A stretch of DNA of 64,000 nucleotides from Candidatus Auribacterota bacterium. Lineage in GTDB: Bacteria > Auribacterota > Ancaeobacteria > Ancaeobacterales > Ancaeobacteraceae. Below the pieces are notes generated by a model, which searched no databases, was not told the DNA's origin, and worked only from the letters and a program-made list of their open reading frames with translations. This document shows, one piece after another, positions 1-9,490 of this stretch. The translations under genes were made by a program, and so were the position numbers. The stretch lies in the NCBI GenBank assembly GCA_022711655.1, contig JAKLEM010000002.1:1098-65097 (forward strand), given 5' to 3'. Position 1 is the stretch's first letter; each line of letters opens with the position of its first letter.

Positions 1-587
1 ACGCCCGAACCGGACACATTCAAGGCCGAACCGCTATTGAGCGTGCCGTTAACCGCCAGCGTACCTGCGCTAACATTCATCCCGCTGCTCATATAGGTCG
101 TCCCGGTACCGCCGATGCTTAAATTGCCGTACGAGGTGACGCTCCCCCACATATTAAGCGTGCCATCGTTCTGTATCGTCTGAGAGCCGCCACTGAACGT
201 CACGGAAGAATTGATCGTGTTGCTGGAGCCGTAGCTATTGTACAGGGCGTCATAGTTCTGCAGGGTGAAGTCTGGCATATTCAAACTTGCGTTGCCGCCG
301 TTGAAATAAATGCTCCCGAAATAGGCCCCGCCGGATCCCCAGACATTATTATTTTCGTTGAAATACAGGTAATCGGAGGATCCAGGAATCGAGAACCCTC
401 CCGAATCCCAGTTCGGCGCGACATCCCACGGCCCTTCGCCGGAATTGAGCGGCGTCGGCGCGATCCACGATTGGGAATCCTCATCCCAATAGGCATCGTA
501 GTCATACCCGCCGGTAAAATCGGCCGCGCTGGCCGCAACGCACATCAGTACCAGACTACAGCAGGCTAATGAGACAAGCGTTTTCAT
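1..587 (-). CDS. Secreted beta-strand-repeat protein, N-terminal fragment (gene runs off the left edge of the window)
   Basis: Absent from the ORF track because there is no stop codon in the window. Minus-strand ATG at 587..585 follows an AAGGGGAA RBS. My translation is MKTLVSLACCSLVLMCVAASAADFTGGYDYDAYWDEDSQSW..., a signal peptide. It continues into Gly/Ser/Asn/Thr-rich repeats (..GTLAVNGTLNSGSALNVSGSG) like those of the giant neighbour. Confidence 0.7.
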   Translation of the reverse strand, partial: MKTLVSLACCSLVLMCVAASAADFTGGYDYDAYWDEDSQSWIAPTPLNSGEGPWDVAPNWDSGGFSIPGSSDYLYFNENNNVWGSGGAYFGSIYFNGGNASLNMPDFTLQNYDALYNSYGSSNTINSSVTFSGGSQTIQNDGTLNMWGSVTSYGNLSIGGTGTTYMSSGMNVSAGTLAVNGTLNSGSALNVSGSG

Positions 588-610
588 CGTATTCCCCTTT
601 TTTGTCCAAC

Positions 611-644
611 AAAAAAACCCCGATCATCGAAAGGATGGCCGGGG
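611..644 (-). terminator. Intrinsic terminator (expression platform of riboswitch copy 1)
   Basis: RNA CCCCGGCCAUCCUUUCGAUGAUCGGGG followed by UUUUUUU. It lies about 25 nt upstream of the start codon at 587. Confidence 0.75.
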
Positions 645-915
645 TCTCAACACCGCGCACAACTACGTGGTGCGCTCACGGCAACTGGCTGCCATCCTCG
701 TACTGCGTTCTGCGTCCCTCGTACTGCGGTTTACACGCTGTACGCAGCACGCTCTACGCTGTACGAGCGAAGGCCCTCTAGCTTTGCAACCCGGCGAATC
801 ATCAGATTCGCGGAGCAGTACCCGCAAGCCGGCGAATCGTATGATTCGCGGACCAACCCCCGTATGGGGACATGGGTACAGTCCCATCCTTTCAGATGGT
901 TTGCCCTTAACTCAA
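611..915 (-). promoter_or_regulatory. c-di-GMP-I (GEMM-I)-like riboswitch leader, copy 1, with a 93-nt insertion at 788..880
   Basis: Minus-strand RNA reads UUAAGGGCAAACCAUCUGAAAGGAUGGGAC-[93 nt]-GCAAAGCUAGAGGGCC...GGAUGGCAGCCAGUUGCCGUGAGCGCAC. It has the GEMM-I core GCAAACC-stem-GAAA-stem-GGGAC, then GCAAAGC, then a 3' segment like GGUAGC..GUUACCG of Vibrio Vc2. About 90% identical by eye to copy 2 over roughly 170 nt. An intrinsic terminator follows. Confidence 0.65.
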
Positions 916-986
916 TTCTTTTGCTCTTCTCCTGTTTTACACTCCTTAAAGATACATACCCTCCTTTTTCCGTCTTCAACTTCTTT

Positions 987-1014
987 TTTATATCTAAGTA
1001 TCGCGTTTTTTCAA
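987..1014 (-). promoter_or_regulatory. sigma70-type promoter for leader copy 1
   Basis: Minus strand TTGAAA (1014..1009), 16-nt spacer, TATAAA (992..987), in an AT-rich island just after the stop of the giant gene. Confidence 0.5.
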
Positions 1015-1035
1015 GCTTTCCCTTCCGAACGCACC

Positions 1036-4000
1036 TTATTTCTTCGCGGTGCGGAGTTTCCGCCTCAGGCCGAACCCGATCAGCGGCAGGAGCAGCAGCA
1101 GCGTCGACGGCTCGGGAACCTCCCCGCCGCTTTCCTGCTCGAAGCCAACTCCCTGGAACGCCCCCGTGGACGGGTCGTAATTGCCCCACGCCACCTGGCC
1201 GCCGCCACTGATCGTCGGGTACATCTCGTCGCCCAGTTCCGTCGAGACCGGCGTCAAGATGCCCGTATCCAACGAGTACTCATAGATATCCCAGTCGTCC
1301 AACCGCTGGAACGCGACCAGCGATCCCGTCGTATCCAGCACCGGATACATGTCGCTGTAGTATTTGCCCGCGCCGTCGTCCGCACCGATCAGCTCAGTCA
1401 GGTTCAAGATCGTCTCGGGATCTGCCGACGACCAATAGAAGAGGTTCCATACTTCGTTATCAACGTTCCACCCCTGCCACGCGACGTAATAGCCGCCCGC
1501 TTCGTCGTAGGCCAGCCACGGGCACGCGCCCTCAAGGTTGTCGCCGTAGTTGATCTCTACCTCGATATCGGCCCACCCGATATCCGAGTTATCCCAATCG
1601 CCCGTCGAGAGATTGAACATCTTAAGCAGCGACTTCGTCCCGTTCTCCCCGTAATACTCCAGCACGACCTTGTCTCCGGCCACCGACGGATGACGGTTCG
1701 CCGAGCCGGCGGCGAAATTGGTCCACGTTGATTCACTGGGCTTCTTGTAGAACAGTCCTGCCGCCCCCTCCACCACCATCGTCCCGTTGTATATGGCACA
1801 GCCGCCATCGTACGCCGGCATCGCGCCGTCAAAGACCCGGACACTGCCCTCAGCGCTGGTCCACAGATAGTAGCCGTCGGACTTCCGGTACAGCACCTCG
1901 CCGTTCGACACCGCCGGATGGAACGCAACGCCGGCTTCATTCTCAATAGGAACAGCGGATCCCGGATCGCCGAAGTCGGCTGCGTATTTCAGCGTATTGT
2001 CGTCGACATCGATGAAGGCGCCACCGAACCCGCCTACTTGCTGATCGGCAGCTGCTACCACAGGACGCTCAAACAGCTCCGGCGAACCAACGGGCGGGAA
2101 CGGCGGCAGGTCGTAGCGGAAGACGACGCCCAGCTCATCCTGTCCCGGCCCGCCGTTGCCTGTCGTTCCATACGCGTAGTTGCCTACCAGTGTAATCGCG
2201 CCAGACGGCCCATACCCGCTAGACCGATTGAAGCTGTAAATCAGCTCATATCCCGTTCCATCGGTATTGATCCTGAACATCGCGCCGCTCTCATTTTCGC
2301 CGCCTGCATAGGTAAGCCCGTAGAGCATCCCATCGGGCCCCAACGTCAGCCTGCCATATGGCTGTGCGCCTTCGGGGTATCTACCGTTATCCGGGTCATA
2401 CTGGAAAGCATATATCCGGTCGAAAGCGGGGTTGTCGGGATCGCTCAGATCGAGCCGGTATATGGTCCCTGTCCCTCCGTTAAACCAGTCGGATGACGTC
2501 ATCCCGTAAAACATGCCATCGTTAGCCTTCACCAGGCCGCCATAAGGATAGCCGCCATCGGTATTCTGATCGAAATCCCACAGCTTCGTATAGGCGTTCC
2601 CATTGGTCGTATCGATCCTGAAGATCGTCCCGCCGTAGGTGCCGGTCGAATTGCCGTAATATGTCGTTCCGTACAACTTTCCAGCATCGTACAACAACTG
2701 GCCGTACGGATACGCACCATCGGTAAATGACGCGTCAAATGTGTGCAACGGTGTATACGTTTCTGTCGCGGGATCAAAGCTGAACACCGTACCGTTACCC
2801 GTGTTGCTGTCCTGATCTATCCCGCCATTATAGGCCACGCCGTACAGGATTCCACCCGCGCCAGCGGTCAATTGCGTATAGGGATTGGCGCCTTCACTGC
2901 CGGAGTAATTGAACGGCGAATAGGTCATCATCGCGCCCGTTGCGGGATCAAGCTTGAAGATCGCGCCGTTACCATTCGCTCCTCCGTACGCTGTCGTCCC
3001 ATACAGCACCGCGTTCACATCGTCATAGACCATAGACCCATATTGCGGGCTGCTGCCTTCCCCATTATTCTGATCGAGCTGATACACGATCATGAAGGCG
3101 TCATTAGCCGTCGTGTCGACCTTGAATATGCCGCCGCTATAGGTCTGATTATCGCTTGAATAGGTACCGTACAGGACACCGTTCACGTTCGTCAGGTCCG
3201 AACATGAATAACCCGCTCCGTTATCCTTATCGTAAGAAAAGTCATTGACGATGTGGTAGTTCGGGTCGGGCGGCAGGCCGTACGTCAATAGGAGATCGGT
3301 GCCCGACTCGGACCGGCTGAGCGACAGCTTGGACGGGTTGGCATCGTAGAACCAGCTTGATGCGTCCAACTCGATGGTATCCGTTATATTCTCGGGCATA
3401 CCAGCCGAAGCCGTCGCGATCGTCCATGTATAGTAACCCGAGGGATCGAATACAGCAGGAGTACCCGAGCCACCCTCTCCCTCCTGCGAAAAACTGCTCA
3501 TAAGCTGCGCCCCGCCGCCGCCGCCCGAAGACACTAATTTCAAGGTGAACTTATCGTCCGTGATGTTAACATTCAGCGCCCCATCGATATTGATAAAGCT
3601 ATACCCGTCTCCGGCGTTGCCGCCGACATCGCTGACCCTCCACACAAAGCTGCCGCCGCTGTCCCAGACCTGGTCCTTGGTGTTCGTCTGGCACGGGGCC
3701 ATATCCCAGGTCCACCAGTAGCCGTATTTCTGTATATATTTCATCGTCTGCGGATCGATCGAACCGTTCCTCTTTATCTCGACCGAGCCGAACATCCCCG
3801 ACCCGCCTATGATACCCCCATTCTCGACCGTTGTCGCCGAAGAGGAGATATCCCCGTCGACGGTGAGGCGCCCGTTGTCGGTTACGTTCGTGGGGCCGGT
3901 GTAGGAGCACGTGCTTTTAACGGTGACATCGCCGGTGATAGGATTGCCCCACTCATCGGTGTAACCGGTTACGGTCACCGATGCGGCAGTGCTGCGCTCT

Positions 4001-7000
4001 CCCAATTCGGCATTGACCGTCCCGCTGCGGAGCTGGTAATCGTCGGCTTTCACCTTCCCGCCGCCCGCGCTGTCGCTGATCTGGCCGCCCATCAGCGTAA
4101 CGGTGCTCGCGCTTTGCTGGTGCCCGGCTATATCCAGCGTCCCGGCATTGACAGTCACCGCGCCGCCGTCAGAAAGGGCATTATTGTTGCCCAGCGCAAC
4201 CGTCCCAGCGCCATTTATCACAGTCCCGCCGGTATATTGCGGCGTACCGTTCAACGTCATCGTCGTCTGGTCTATGACCGATGTGACCACTGCCCCTGTC
4301 CCGCTGATCGAGTTGACGTCGATCGATTCCACGTCGGCGGTATTGGACAGAACGAGGACTGCGTTGTTCTGTATATTGCCCTGTACGCTCGGAGTATACA
4401 TGACCAGCGTGCCTTCGCTGACCGTCGTGCCGCCGGAGTAGGTGTTCGTGCCGGACAGGGTCACGGTGCCATCGGTCGTCTTGACAAGCTCTCCACCGGC
4501 AAGCGATACGCTAGCACTGCCACACTGGAAATCGAACAGATCCGCCTCAATTGTGCCCGCTCCAGTGATATTTCCCGGCTGAACCCAGGTCCCTCCCCAC
4601 GAATAGGTACCGGAGATCTGCTGCAACGAGACCTCATTCGCCTCGAGAGAACCTCCTTGGTCAATATTCAGGGTGCCGCCGTTGACGACAACATGATTAA
4701 CAGTATCCGAATGATCCACCATATTTATCGTGGCGTTAATTGTCACCGTGCCGATATCAGGCAATACGTTATCTGCGCCATAGAGCAATATCCCCTCGTT
4801 GACCATCGTGCCGCCCTCGTAGGAATTCTCGTTCGAGAGGGTGAGCGTCCCGGCGGTGCTCTTCGTCAGCGCGGCGGCGCCGCTGAGCTTTGCGGCGATC
4901 GTGCCGCCATAGGCATTTATGACATTATTCACCGTAAGCGTGCCTGTTCCCAACACCTCGGCCTGCCCGTTAAGACTGCCGTAGGATCCCTTAGGAGTTC
5001 CGCCGCCGACATCCAGTTCGTTGACAGTCTGGTCAAAGGACGAAATATCGAGAGCACCGTGGAATGCCTCTTGTTCGTGCCATATATAATATGGAGGCTG
5101 ATCCAGGTACTCAGGGCCCCAATTGGTATAACCTTCCACAGAAACAACCCCCTCGGAAGGAAGGGCATTCGCCGCACCGCATACCAGCGTGCCTTCGTGC
5201 AGCAGCAGCGTCCCGGTCCCGGAGATCTTGCCGCTGAACGTCGAGACCCCGTCTCTCTTTGATAACGTCAGAGTGCCGGCTCCCATCAGCACCTCGCCTT
5301 CTCCGGACAGTGCGACAAATGTTTGATCGTCACCATTCATATCCAGCACACCCTCGGAGCCAACGGTCATCATGGAGGAGACTCCCAGAGCGTTCGTCCC
5401 GGCAGTCACCAGCGTCCCGCCATTCACCGCGATGCTGCCTGTATAATTGCTTGAGCCGGTCAACGTCATTGTGCCATTACCCGCCTTGATCAGATATGCC
5501 TTCGTCTCGTTATCCGTGTACGGGTGGTACTCGTTTATCTGTCCTGAAAAAACCGTGTCTGTGCCATCTGCGCCAACGGTAAGCTGGTAGGAGCACAGAT
5601 AGCTCCCTCCTAAGTAAAGATCGCCAGCGCCCGCGAGAGATCCGATCGTGTCGCTCAGATCTAATTCATATGTAGAATGATTGCCGGCAGACGCCCACAT
5701 CTGCGTACCCGCCTCCAACACGACCGCCGAGGCATCGCTCATGACATCCGATAAGAACGGAGACGCATACAATGCCCCCTGCGTGACATGCGTTTCGCCT
5801 TCATAGCTGTTCGAACCGGATAACGTAAGACTGCCCGCCCCCGTTTTAATAAGCGCGCCGCTGCCGCCCATCGCGCCCGCATATGTGCCGGACGCAGACA
5901 TGTCGAACATAACGGCCGCATTATTCGTGATCGCGCCCTGTATCCCGCTGGCATTCCCCTTCAGCGTCCCATCGTTCACCGTCGTCCCGCCGCTGTACGA
6001 ATTGCCGCCGGCGAGTGTCAGGATACCAACGCCGTTCTTGATCAGCGAGCCGGCGTCGCCGATAGCACCATTGATGGTGGTCGCACCGTCACCCGATACT
6101 GTCAGTACTTTCCCTTCAGTGTCGACAGTACCATTGACCGTCAGGGACCCGGCGCTGTTGAAGTTTTCCCAGAGCGAATCGTTGCCGAGGATAATCGGCA
6201 CGTTGATGACGTCTGCCGATGCCGACTGCCGCGTGATCCCCGTATTGATCGTCAGGCTCTGACTGCCGTTCACCGAGAAACCGCTGGTGTTATCGAAGAT
6301 CATGTTATTTACGATGGCCGGCTGAGTATCGTTCAGGGAGACCGTCCCGCCGCTTGCGAATTTGACGTTCTTTCCTTCGCCGGGAGCGTTGCCGCCCTGC
6401 CAGTTCGATCCCGACCACCAATTCGTGTTTGTCCCGCCGTCGCCGCTCCATATGTAGACCGGCGTCGTATCCGGGTTGAACTTGAGGACAACGTCATTAC
6501 CCAGCGTATCCAGCGAGAAGGTACCGCCATTGAGAGGGTTGGCGAAATTGCTGTAATTCAGCGTGAACTTGTCGGCTGAGAAGCTCCCCAGGCCGTTGGA
6601 GGCGCTCAGGATCGTCCATGTATGCGTTGTCGTATTGACAAAATCGTGCACCAGCCCTGCCGTGTTATCCTCTTTCAGCGAGGTGATGTCGATCATGAAC
6701 CGGCTCGACGGCGTGCTGGAAATCGTCAGGTTGGCGGTGGTCATCAGGTCCCATTCAGTTCCCGCAGTGCCGACAACGCCATTGACCTCCCAGAGATAAT
6801 GGCCGCCGCTCGCCAGCGTCAGGTCGGTCATCGCGAGCGTTCCCGGGCTGGTCCCTGGTGACACGGTACCCCCGTCATTCACGACCACGCCTGCAACTGT
6901 GCCCGCACCCGCCAATGTCGTCCCGCTGTTCGTCGTAAAGGTCGTCAGGTTGCCGTTGCCGCTCACGATCAGCTTGCCCTCGTTGATATCGACGCCGCCC

Positions 7001-9399
7001 GCAACCGTGTTGGAACCCGACATCGTCAGCGTACGTGCTCCGTCCTTGACCACCTTGCCGGATCCGGAAATGCTCCCCGTAAACGCGCTGTCAAGCGCCC
7101 ACTGATTGAAATTCATGACAGCATTGTTCTGGAACGCCCCCCCCAGGTCCCATGCATTTAATGACAATGTTCCACCCGTTATGATCGTTCCTCCAGTGTG
7201 GCCCAACGTGCTGTAACTTAAGTTCAATGTGCCGTCTCCCACTTTCTCCAGGCTCCCGCCGGCACCATAAATGTATCCGAGAAGATTGCCGCTCCCGACA
7301 GTAAGGCGGCCACTGCCGAGCAGGATCTGGCAAGAATTTGCACCCGTCAAATCGGCGACTGTTTGGTTGTGGCCGTCCAGGTCTAAAACAAAATAGCGGT
7401 TACTCCCCCCCGCAATTGACGTTCCGGCTGGGAGAACATCGTTCGCACCAAGACGGAGCGTTCCCCAGTCCATCGTCGTTGCGCCATTGAATGTGCAGGG
7501 GCTCGATATCGTTACCGTGCTTGGCATGCCGCCCGAGCCGATGTGAATGCCCGCGTTACCCGCAAGTTCAACCGCAACAGTCCCGTTGCGAAGTGCGAAT
7601 TCGGCCGCCGTGGTCATCAGCTTCCCACTGCCCATGATCGTCCCTTCAGTAAGCGTCACCGCGCCGACAGTTTCATTGTTGTTGCCGATATCAAGCGTGC
7701 CGCCGTTCTGGATAGTCAATCCGTAGTAATCCGGCAACGTATTAGCTGCTGCCAACACGAGCTTCCCCCCGGAAACAACTGTACCGCCATAGTTGTTGCC
7801 CTGGCCGGTGCGGATGATCGTCCCGGGGCCCTCCGTGATGAACTTTCCTGTCCCGTCGATAGCACCGCCCAACGTCAGGTTCGTACCCGCCGCGGCTTTG
7901 ATCGTTGCGGTGGTAGTATTAATTGTGATCGGCGCGTTGAATGTGTTGTCCCCGACAAGGTTCTCCATACCGTTCGACAGCGTAACCCGGTTGCCGTCGA
8001 TCAGATAGCCGCCGTCATTTAATGTGATCTTCCCGAACGACGAACCTGCCGTATAATTGTTGGTGTTCGTTTTCTGAGCGGCAGCGCCAAACAAGATCGC
8101 ATCATTCGTTCCCGGCGCCCAATCCCAGTTATTTCCGTTCGTCCAGGTGCCGTCGCCGCTTGCCAGGCCGCTCCAAATGCACGGACCCAGGCTGAGCCGC
8201 ACCTTGAAGATCGTCCCGAGGTTGCCGTCGCCACCAGCGCTAGTCATGCCGTAACCAGTGTTACCCGAAACAACAAGGTTGCCCCACGGGTCCTTTCCGT
8301 CGTTCGCCCCGCCGGCGAATTTGTGCAGGATGGTATAGCCGCTGCCGTCCGTTCCTACTGAGAAAATGGTGCCGTTACCTTCACTGCCGTCCCCATAAAC
8401 GCCGATACCGCCGTCGCTCGTCATGCCGTAAAGCGTGTTCCCGGACAGCGTCAAACTACCTCTCGGGATCGCCCCATCGTTAGCTGTGCCGACAAATGAA
8501 TGCAGCAACGTCACCGCGCCGCCCGTTTCGCTGACCTTGAATACCACGCCGCGGCCGTCGCCGTCGTCGAGGGTGCTGCCACCGTGTGAGGTCATGCCGT
8601 AGAGGACCCCGTCTGCGGCGGTCACGTCACTATAGTATGGATACGATCCGTCGGCCGTACCGCCGGCAAAATTATGGATCACCGAATACTGCGACCCGCT
8701 AACGTCGGTCTTGAAGATCGTTCCCATGTCACCGACGCCGCCATTGCCGCCCGTTGTCGTCATACCGTAAAGGTTGCTACCCGATACCGTCAGACTCCCG
8801 ACCGGCGCACTGCCGTCGCTTGGGGCACCGGTAAAGTAATGCAGTATTGTGGTCGGGCCACCGCTCGTACTAACCTTGAAGATTGTTCCCGGTTTATAAT
8901 TATCACCCGCATCCCACCCTCCTTCGGTCATTCCGTAGAGATCGCTACCGACCAAAACCAGGCTGCCGTTAGGGCTTACACCATCACCGGGCGCACCGGT
9001 GAACGTGTGCAACGCCGTAAATGCATTACCGTTAGCCGTGTCGATTTTAAAGACATTACCGCCGCCTCTATACGTCATGCCGTAAATATTCGAGCCATCA
9101 ACCAGTAGCGTCCCTCCCCAGGGATTTCCCGATGCGCTGCCGCTAAAATTGTGCAGGATCTCGACAGGGCCTCCGTTGACGCTCATCCTGAATACAGTCC
9201 CCTGATCCGAGGTTCCGCCACTGTACGTCATACCGTAAAGATAATTATTTGAAAGGGTTAACGAACCATTCGGGCTACTCCCGTCGCTTGTCCCTCCAGC
9301 AAATTCGTGGAGCAGCTGATCGGTCGCCCATGAGACGTTCGTCACGCAACACATCGCTGATACGAGAACTGCCCACATAAGCCTCATTGCGTTTCTCAT
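1036..9399 (-). CDS. Giant (2787 aa) secreted PEP-CTERM protein with two GloVer-type repeat blocks and a long run of autotransporter-associated beta-strand repeats
   Basis: One uninterrupted 8364-nt ORF with a signal peptide (MRLMWAVLVSAMCCVTNVSWA). Seven ..LYGMTxxGG..GT(I/V)FK.. repeats lie at aa ~30-400. GxGTLTLSGxNxYxGGTxVxxGTL-type repeats fill aa ~420-1850. A second block of seven LYG(T/M/V/L)T repeats lies at nt ~2100-3240. The C-terminal sorting signal is GGEVPEPSTLLLLLPLIGFGLRRKLR. Confidence 0.9.
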   Translation of the reverse strand: MRNAMRLMWAVLVSAMCCVTNVSWATDQLLHEFAGGTSDGSSPNGSLTLSNNYLYGMTYSGGTSDQGTVFRMSVNGGPVEILHNFSGSASGNPWGGTLLVDGSNIYGMTYRGGGNVFKIDTANGNAFTALHTFTGAPGDGVSPNGSLVLVGSDLYGMTEGGWDAGDNYKPGTIFKVSTSGGPTTILHYFTGAPSDGSAPVGSLTVSGSNLYGMTTTGGNGGVGDMGTIFKTDVSGSQYSVIHNFAGGTADGSYPYYSDVTAADGVLYGMTSHGGSTLDDGDGRGVVFKVSETGGAVTLLHSFVGTANDGAIPRGSLTLSGNTLYGMTSDGGIGVYGDGSEGNGTIFSVGTDGSGYTILHKFAGGANDGKDPWGNLVVSGNTGYGMTSAGGDGNLGTIFKVRLSLGPCIWSGLASGDGTWTNGNNWDWAPGTNDAILFGAAAQKTNTNNYTAGSSFGKITLNDGGYLIDGNRVTLSNGMENLVGDNTFNAPITINTTTATIKAAAGTNLTLGGAIDGTGKFITEGPGTIIRTGQGNNYGGTVVSGGKLVLAAANTLPDYYGLTIQNGGTLDIGNNNETVGAVTLTEGTIMGSGKLMTTAAEFALRNGTVAVELAGNAGIHIGSGGMPSTVTISSPCTFNGATTMDWGTLRLGANDVLPAGTSIAGGSNRYFVLDLDGHNQTVADLTGANSCQILLGSGRLTVGSGNLLGYIYGAGGSLEKVGDGTLNLSYSTLGHTGGTIITGGTLSLNAWDLGGAFQNNAVMNFNQWALDSAFTGSISGSGKVVKDGARTLTMSGSNTVAGGVDINEGKLIVSGNGNLTTFTTNSGTTLAGAGTVAGVVVNDGGTVSPGTSPGTLAMTDLTLASGGHYLWEVNGVVGTAGTEWDLMTTANLTISSTPSSRFMIDITSLKEDNTAGLVHDFVNTTTHTWTILSASNGLGSFSADKFTLNYSNFANPLNGGTFSLDTLGNDVVLKFNPDTTPVYIWSGDGGTNTNWWSGSNWQGGNAPGEGKNVKFASGGTVSLNDTQPAIVNNMIFDNTSGFSVNGSQSLTINTGITRQSASADVINVPIILGNDSLWENFNSAGSLTVNGTVDTEGKVLTVSGDGATTINGAIGDAGSLIKNGVGILTLAGGNSYSGGTTVNDGTLKGNASGIQGAITNNAAVMFDMSASGTYAGAMGGSGALIKTGAGSLTLSGSNSYEGETHVTQGALYASPFLSDVMSDASAVVLEAGTQMWASAGNHSTYELDLSDTIGSLAGAGDLYLGGSYLCSYQLTVGADGTDTVFSGQINEYHPYTDNETKAYLIKAGNGTMTLTGSSNYTGSIAVNGGTLVTAGTNALGVSSMMTVGSEGVLDMNGDDQTFVALSGEGEVLMGAGTLTLSKRDGVSTFSGKISGTGTLLLHEGTLVCGAANALPSEGVVSVEGYTNWGPEYLDQPPYYIWHEQEAFHGALDISSFDQTVNELDVGGGTPKGSYGSLNGQAEVLGTGTLTVNNVINAYGGTIAAKLSGAAALTKSTAGTLTLSNENSYEGGTMVNEGILLYGADNVLPDIGTVTINATINMVDHSDTVNHVVVNGGTLNIDQGGSLEANEVSLQQISGTYSWGGTWVQPGNITGAGTIEADLFDFQCGSASVSLAGGELVKTTDGTVTLSGTNTYSGGTTVSEGTLVMYTPSVQGNIQNNAVLVLSNTADVESIDVNSISGTGAVVTSVIDQTTMTLNGTPQYTGGTVINGAGTVALGNNNALSDGGAVTVNAGTLDIAGHQQSASTVTLMGGQISDSAGGGKVKADDYQLRSGTVNAELGERSTAASVTVTGYTDEWGNPITGDVTVKSTCSYTGPTNVTDNGRLTVDGDISSSATTVENGGIIGGSGMFGSVEIKRNGSIDPQTMKYIQKYGYWWTWDMAPCQTNTKDQVWDSGGSFVWRVSDVGGNAGDGYSFINIDGALNVNITDDKFTLKLVSSGGGGGAQLMSSFSQEGEGGSGTPAVFDPSGYYTWTIATASAGMPENITDTIELDASSWFYDANPSKLSLSRSESGTDLLLTYGLPPDPNYHIVNDFSYDKDNGAGYSCSDLTNVNGVLYGTYSSDNQTYSGGIFKVDTTANDAFMIVYQLDQNNGEGSSPQYGSMVYDDVNAVLYGTTAYGGANGNGAIFKLDPATGAMMTYSPFNYSGSEGANPYTQLTAGAGGILYGVAYNGGIDQDSNTGNGTVFSFDPATETYTPLHTFDASFTDGAYPYGQLLYDAGKLYGTTYYGNSTGTYGGTIFRIDTTNGNAYTKLWDFDQNTDGGYPYGGLVKANDGMFYGMTSSDWFNGGTGTIYRLDLSDPDNPAFDRIYAFQYDPDNGRYPEGAQPYGRLTLGPDGMLYGLTYAGGENESGAMFRINTDGTGYELIYSFNRSSGYGPSGAITLVGNYAYGTTGNGGPGQDELGVVFRYDLPPFPPVGSPELFERPVVAAADQQVGGFGGAFIDVDDNTLKYAADFGDPGSAVPIENEAGVAFHPAVSNGEVLYRKSDGYYLWTSAEGSVRVFDGAMPAYDGGCAIYNGTMVVEGAAGLFYKKPSESTWTNFAAGSANRHPSVAGDKVVLEYYGENGTKSLLKMFNLSTGDWDNSDIGWADIEVEINYGDNLEGACPWLAYDEAGGYYVAWQGWNVDNEVWNLFYWSSADPETILNLTELIGADDGAGKYYSDMYPVLDTTGSLVAFQRLDDWDIYEYSLDTGILTPVSTELGDEMYPTISGGGQVAWGNYDPSTGAFQGVGFEQESGGEVPEPSTLLLLLPLIGFGLRRKLRTAKK

Positions 9400-9490
9400 A
9401 CACCCTCCCTTGCTTTCGGATCGTTCAATGTGATTTTCATTAGTTATCCTTTATAGTGAACCGCACCGCGCGGTCATTTTCGAAGGCAAA

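Noticed and set aside
281-538. 85-aa minus-strand ORF listed in the track near the left edge
   Set aside because: It is out of frame with the better-supported partial gene. That gene starts at 587 and encodes a clean signal peptide and repeat protein. The 85-aa translation is Arg/Pro-rich noise.
667-1731. 354-aa + strand ORF, plus 731..1189 and 864..1211, spanning the leader region and the giant gene's 3' end
   Set aside because: They cross a riboswitch-like leader, a promoter and the opposite-strand PEP-CTERM coding sequence. The translations are low-complexity.
2100-9310. Periodic nucleotide repeats inside the giant gene, considered as a CRISPR array or satellite
   Set aside because: The periodicity comes from in-frame protein repeats (LYGMT and GTLTLSG units) within one uninterrupted ORF.
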